Assembly: GCA_035495115.1 (NCBI GenBank) | Contig: DATJGJ010000014.1 | Coordinates: 1-53,958 of the forward strand | DNA length: 53,958 nt | DNA from: Minisyncoccota bacterium | GTDB taxonomy: Bacteria > Patescibacteriota > Minisyncoccia > Phycocordibacterales > PALSA-1337 | Direction: 5' to 3' | In this document: positions 52,681 through 53,958 of the stretch, piece after piece | How positions within the stretch are numbered: position 1 is the stretch's first letter | Layout of the letters: each line of letters opens with the position of its first letter | Made by a program: the position numbers and the translations under genes | Notes under the pieces: model-generated | What the model saw: only the letters and a program-made list of their open reading frames with translations | What the model was told of the DNA's origin: nothing | The model's database searches: none

Positions 52681-53958
52681 ATGCCCGTCATCACTCCTGA
52701 AATCACTGTCTCTGAATATTTCCGCCTGACGCCCATCCAAAAAGACGCCTTGAAAAAAATAGGCATCACCACGCTCCGCGACCTCCTATATCATTTCCCC
52801 GTCCGCTATGGCGACACAGCTGAAGCAAAAAATATCGAGACGCTCGGTAAGGGCGACACTGCAGTCATATTCGGCAAGATCACCAATCTCAAAGCGAGTA
52901 AAGGATTCAAGACGAAGATGACCATGGCGACAGCTACTGTCGAAGATGAAACTGGCAAGATCCAGTGCGTCTGGTTCAATCAACCCTATCTCGCAAAGAT
53001 GACACCAGAAGGTGCGATGGTTCGCATAGAGGGAAAGGTTTCGGAAAGAAGAAAAAAGGAGACGAACAAAGTACCCCCAGAAACTTCTTTTTCTGAGCGT
53101 AGCGGTAGCGAAGCGAGTTACGCAGCGAATGAAAAAGAAGTTTCTGTGGGTGCTGCCCGTCTCTATTTCTCCAACCCTAAAATCGAAGTAGTCGACAAGC
53201 TCCCTATCGGCGTTGGAGACTCCCTCTTCGGCGATACTGGCGAAGCTCATACCCTTTACCCCGTTTACCCCGAGTCGCGAGGCATTACGTCGAGCTGGAT
53301 GTACCACGCCATCCAAAAGCTTTTCAAAAGCGGTCTCCTCGACAACATGATCGACGTACTCCCAGGACACCTTCTCGTCAAATATCATCTGCCGAGCCTC
53401 AAGACCGCGCTCATCTGGATGCACACTCCCCTCAAACGCGAAGATGCGCTCTCTGCTCGCAAGCGCTTTTCATTTGAAGAGATATTTATCATTCAGCTCG
53501 GCAAACAGCAAGCTCGCAGAGAATATGAGAAACATCCGGCCTTCGTCATAGAAGCGGACGATGTCCATGTCCGTGAATTCATTAAGCGTTTTCCCTTCAC
53601 CGCCACTGAAGCACAAACGAAGGCAGTCGAGACTATCCTTGGTGATATGCGCCGTGAATATGCCATGTCGCGTCTCCTCGAAGGCGACGTAGGCTCGGGC
53701 AAGACAGCGGTGGCAGCTTCTGCAGCATATGCCATCATCACCTCGCGTCCACCGAAAGTCCCTCGTCTCGCTGGTTCGAACCCAAATCCACTTGCCAAAG
53801 GATCTGCGACAGCTGGCCAAGGTAACCTCCAGGTAGCATACATGTGCCCAACAGAAATCTTGGCGACGCAGCATTTCGAATCATTCATCCAATACTTTTC
53901 GTATATGCCGATACAGATCGGCCTCATCACTGGTTCTGGTTGCCGCAAATTTCCTTCA
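52681..53958 (+). CDS. recG: ATP-dependent DNA helicase RecG, partial (runs off the window end; absent from the ORF track)
   Basis: My translation from ATG 52681: LLYHFPVRY, WFNQPYL, YPVYP, FEEIF, T.AQ, RLLEGDVGSGKT, QVAYMCPTEILATQH. Confidence 0.95.
   Translation, partial: MPVITPEITVSEYFRLTPIQKDALKKIGITTLRDLLYHFPVRYGDTAEAKNIETLGKGDTAVIFGKITNLKASKGFKTKMTMATATVEDETGKIQCVWFNQPYLAKMTPEGAMVRIEGKVSERRKKETNKVPPETSFSERSGSEASYAANEKEVSVGAARLYFSNPKIEVVDKLPIGVGDSLFGDTGEAHTLYPVYPESRGITSSWMYHAIQKLFKSGLLDNMIDVLPGHLLVKYHLPSLKTALIWMHTPLKREDALSARKRFSFEEIFIIQLGKQQARREYEKHPAFVIEADDVHVREFIKRFPFTATEAQTKAVETILGDMRREYAMSRLLEGDVGSGKTAVAASAAYAIITSRPPKVPRLAGSNPNPLAKGSATAGQGNLQVAYMCPTEILATQHFESFIQYFSYMPIQIGLITGSGCRKFPS
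53078..53146. mobile_element. In-frame 69-bp palindromic insertion in recG
   Basis: Perfect 16-bp IR cagaaacttctttttc/gaaaaagaagtttctg; the loop holds GCGTAGC and GCGAAGC; exactly 23 codons. Confidence 0.8.

Overview
About 54 kb of bacterial chromosome in standard genetic code. The gene set points to a CPR/Patescibacteria (Parcubacteria-like) genome (inference): a full type IV pilus/competence locus with no secretin, a shortened RF2, mostly CCA-less tRNAs and many small CPR-type membrane proteins. Core genes: two Mur-family ligases, pyk, pyrG, ftsEX, prfB, gatAC, ligA, the pil locus, comF, tyrS, mutY-like and a partial recG, plus nine tRNAs. No transposase, integrase or CRISPR array was seen. 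Most unusual signals: (1) small palindromic elements carrying GC-GNA-GC mini-hairpin motifs, found at tRNA 3' ends, intergenically and IN FRAME inside comF and recG; (2) a tRNA-Ser with the rare anticodon ACT next to a normal Ser(GCT); (3) an AT-rich GtrA/GT2/GT-C glycosylation cassette wrapped around an orphan pilin; (4) a LysW-like carrier ending in Lys, clustered with a PLP enzyme and two non-canonical Mur ligases; (5) a -10 box 6-7 nt before the ATG of at least 15 genes, implying leaderless mRNAs. Family assignments come from motif recognition by eye, not from database searches.
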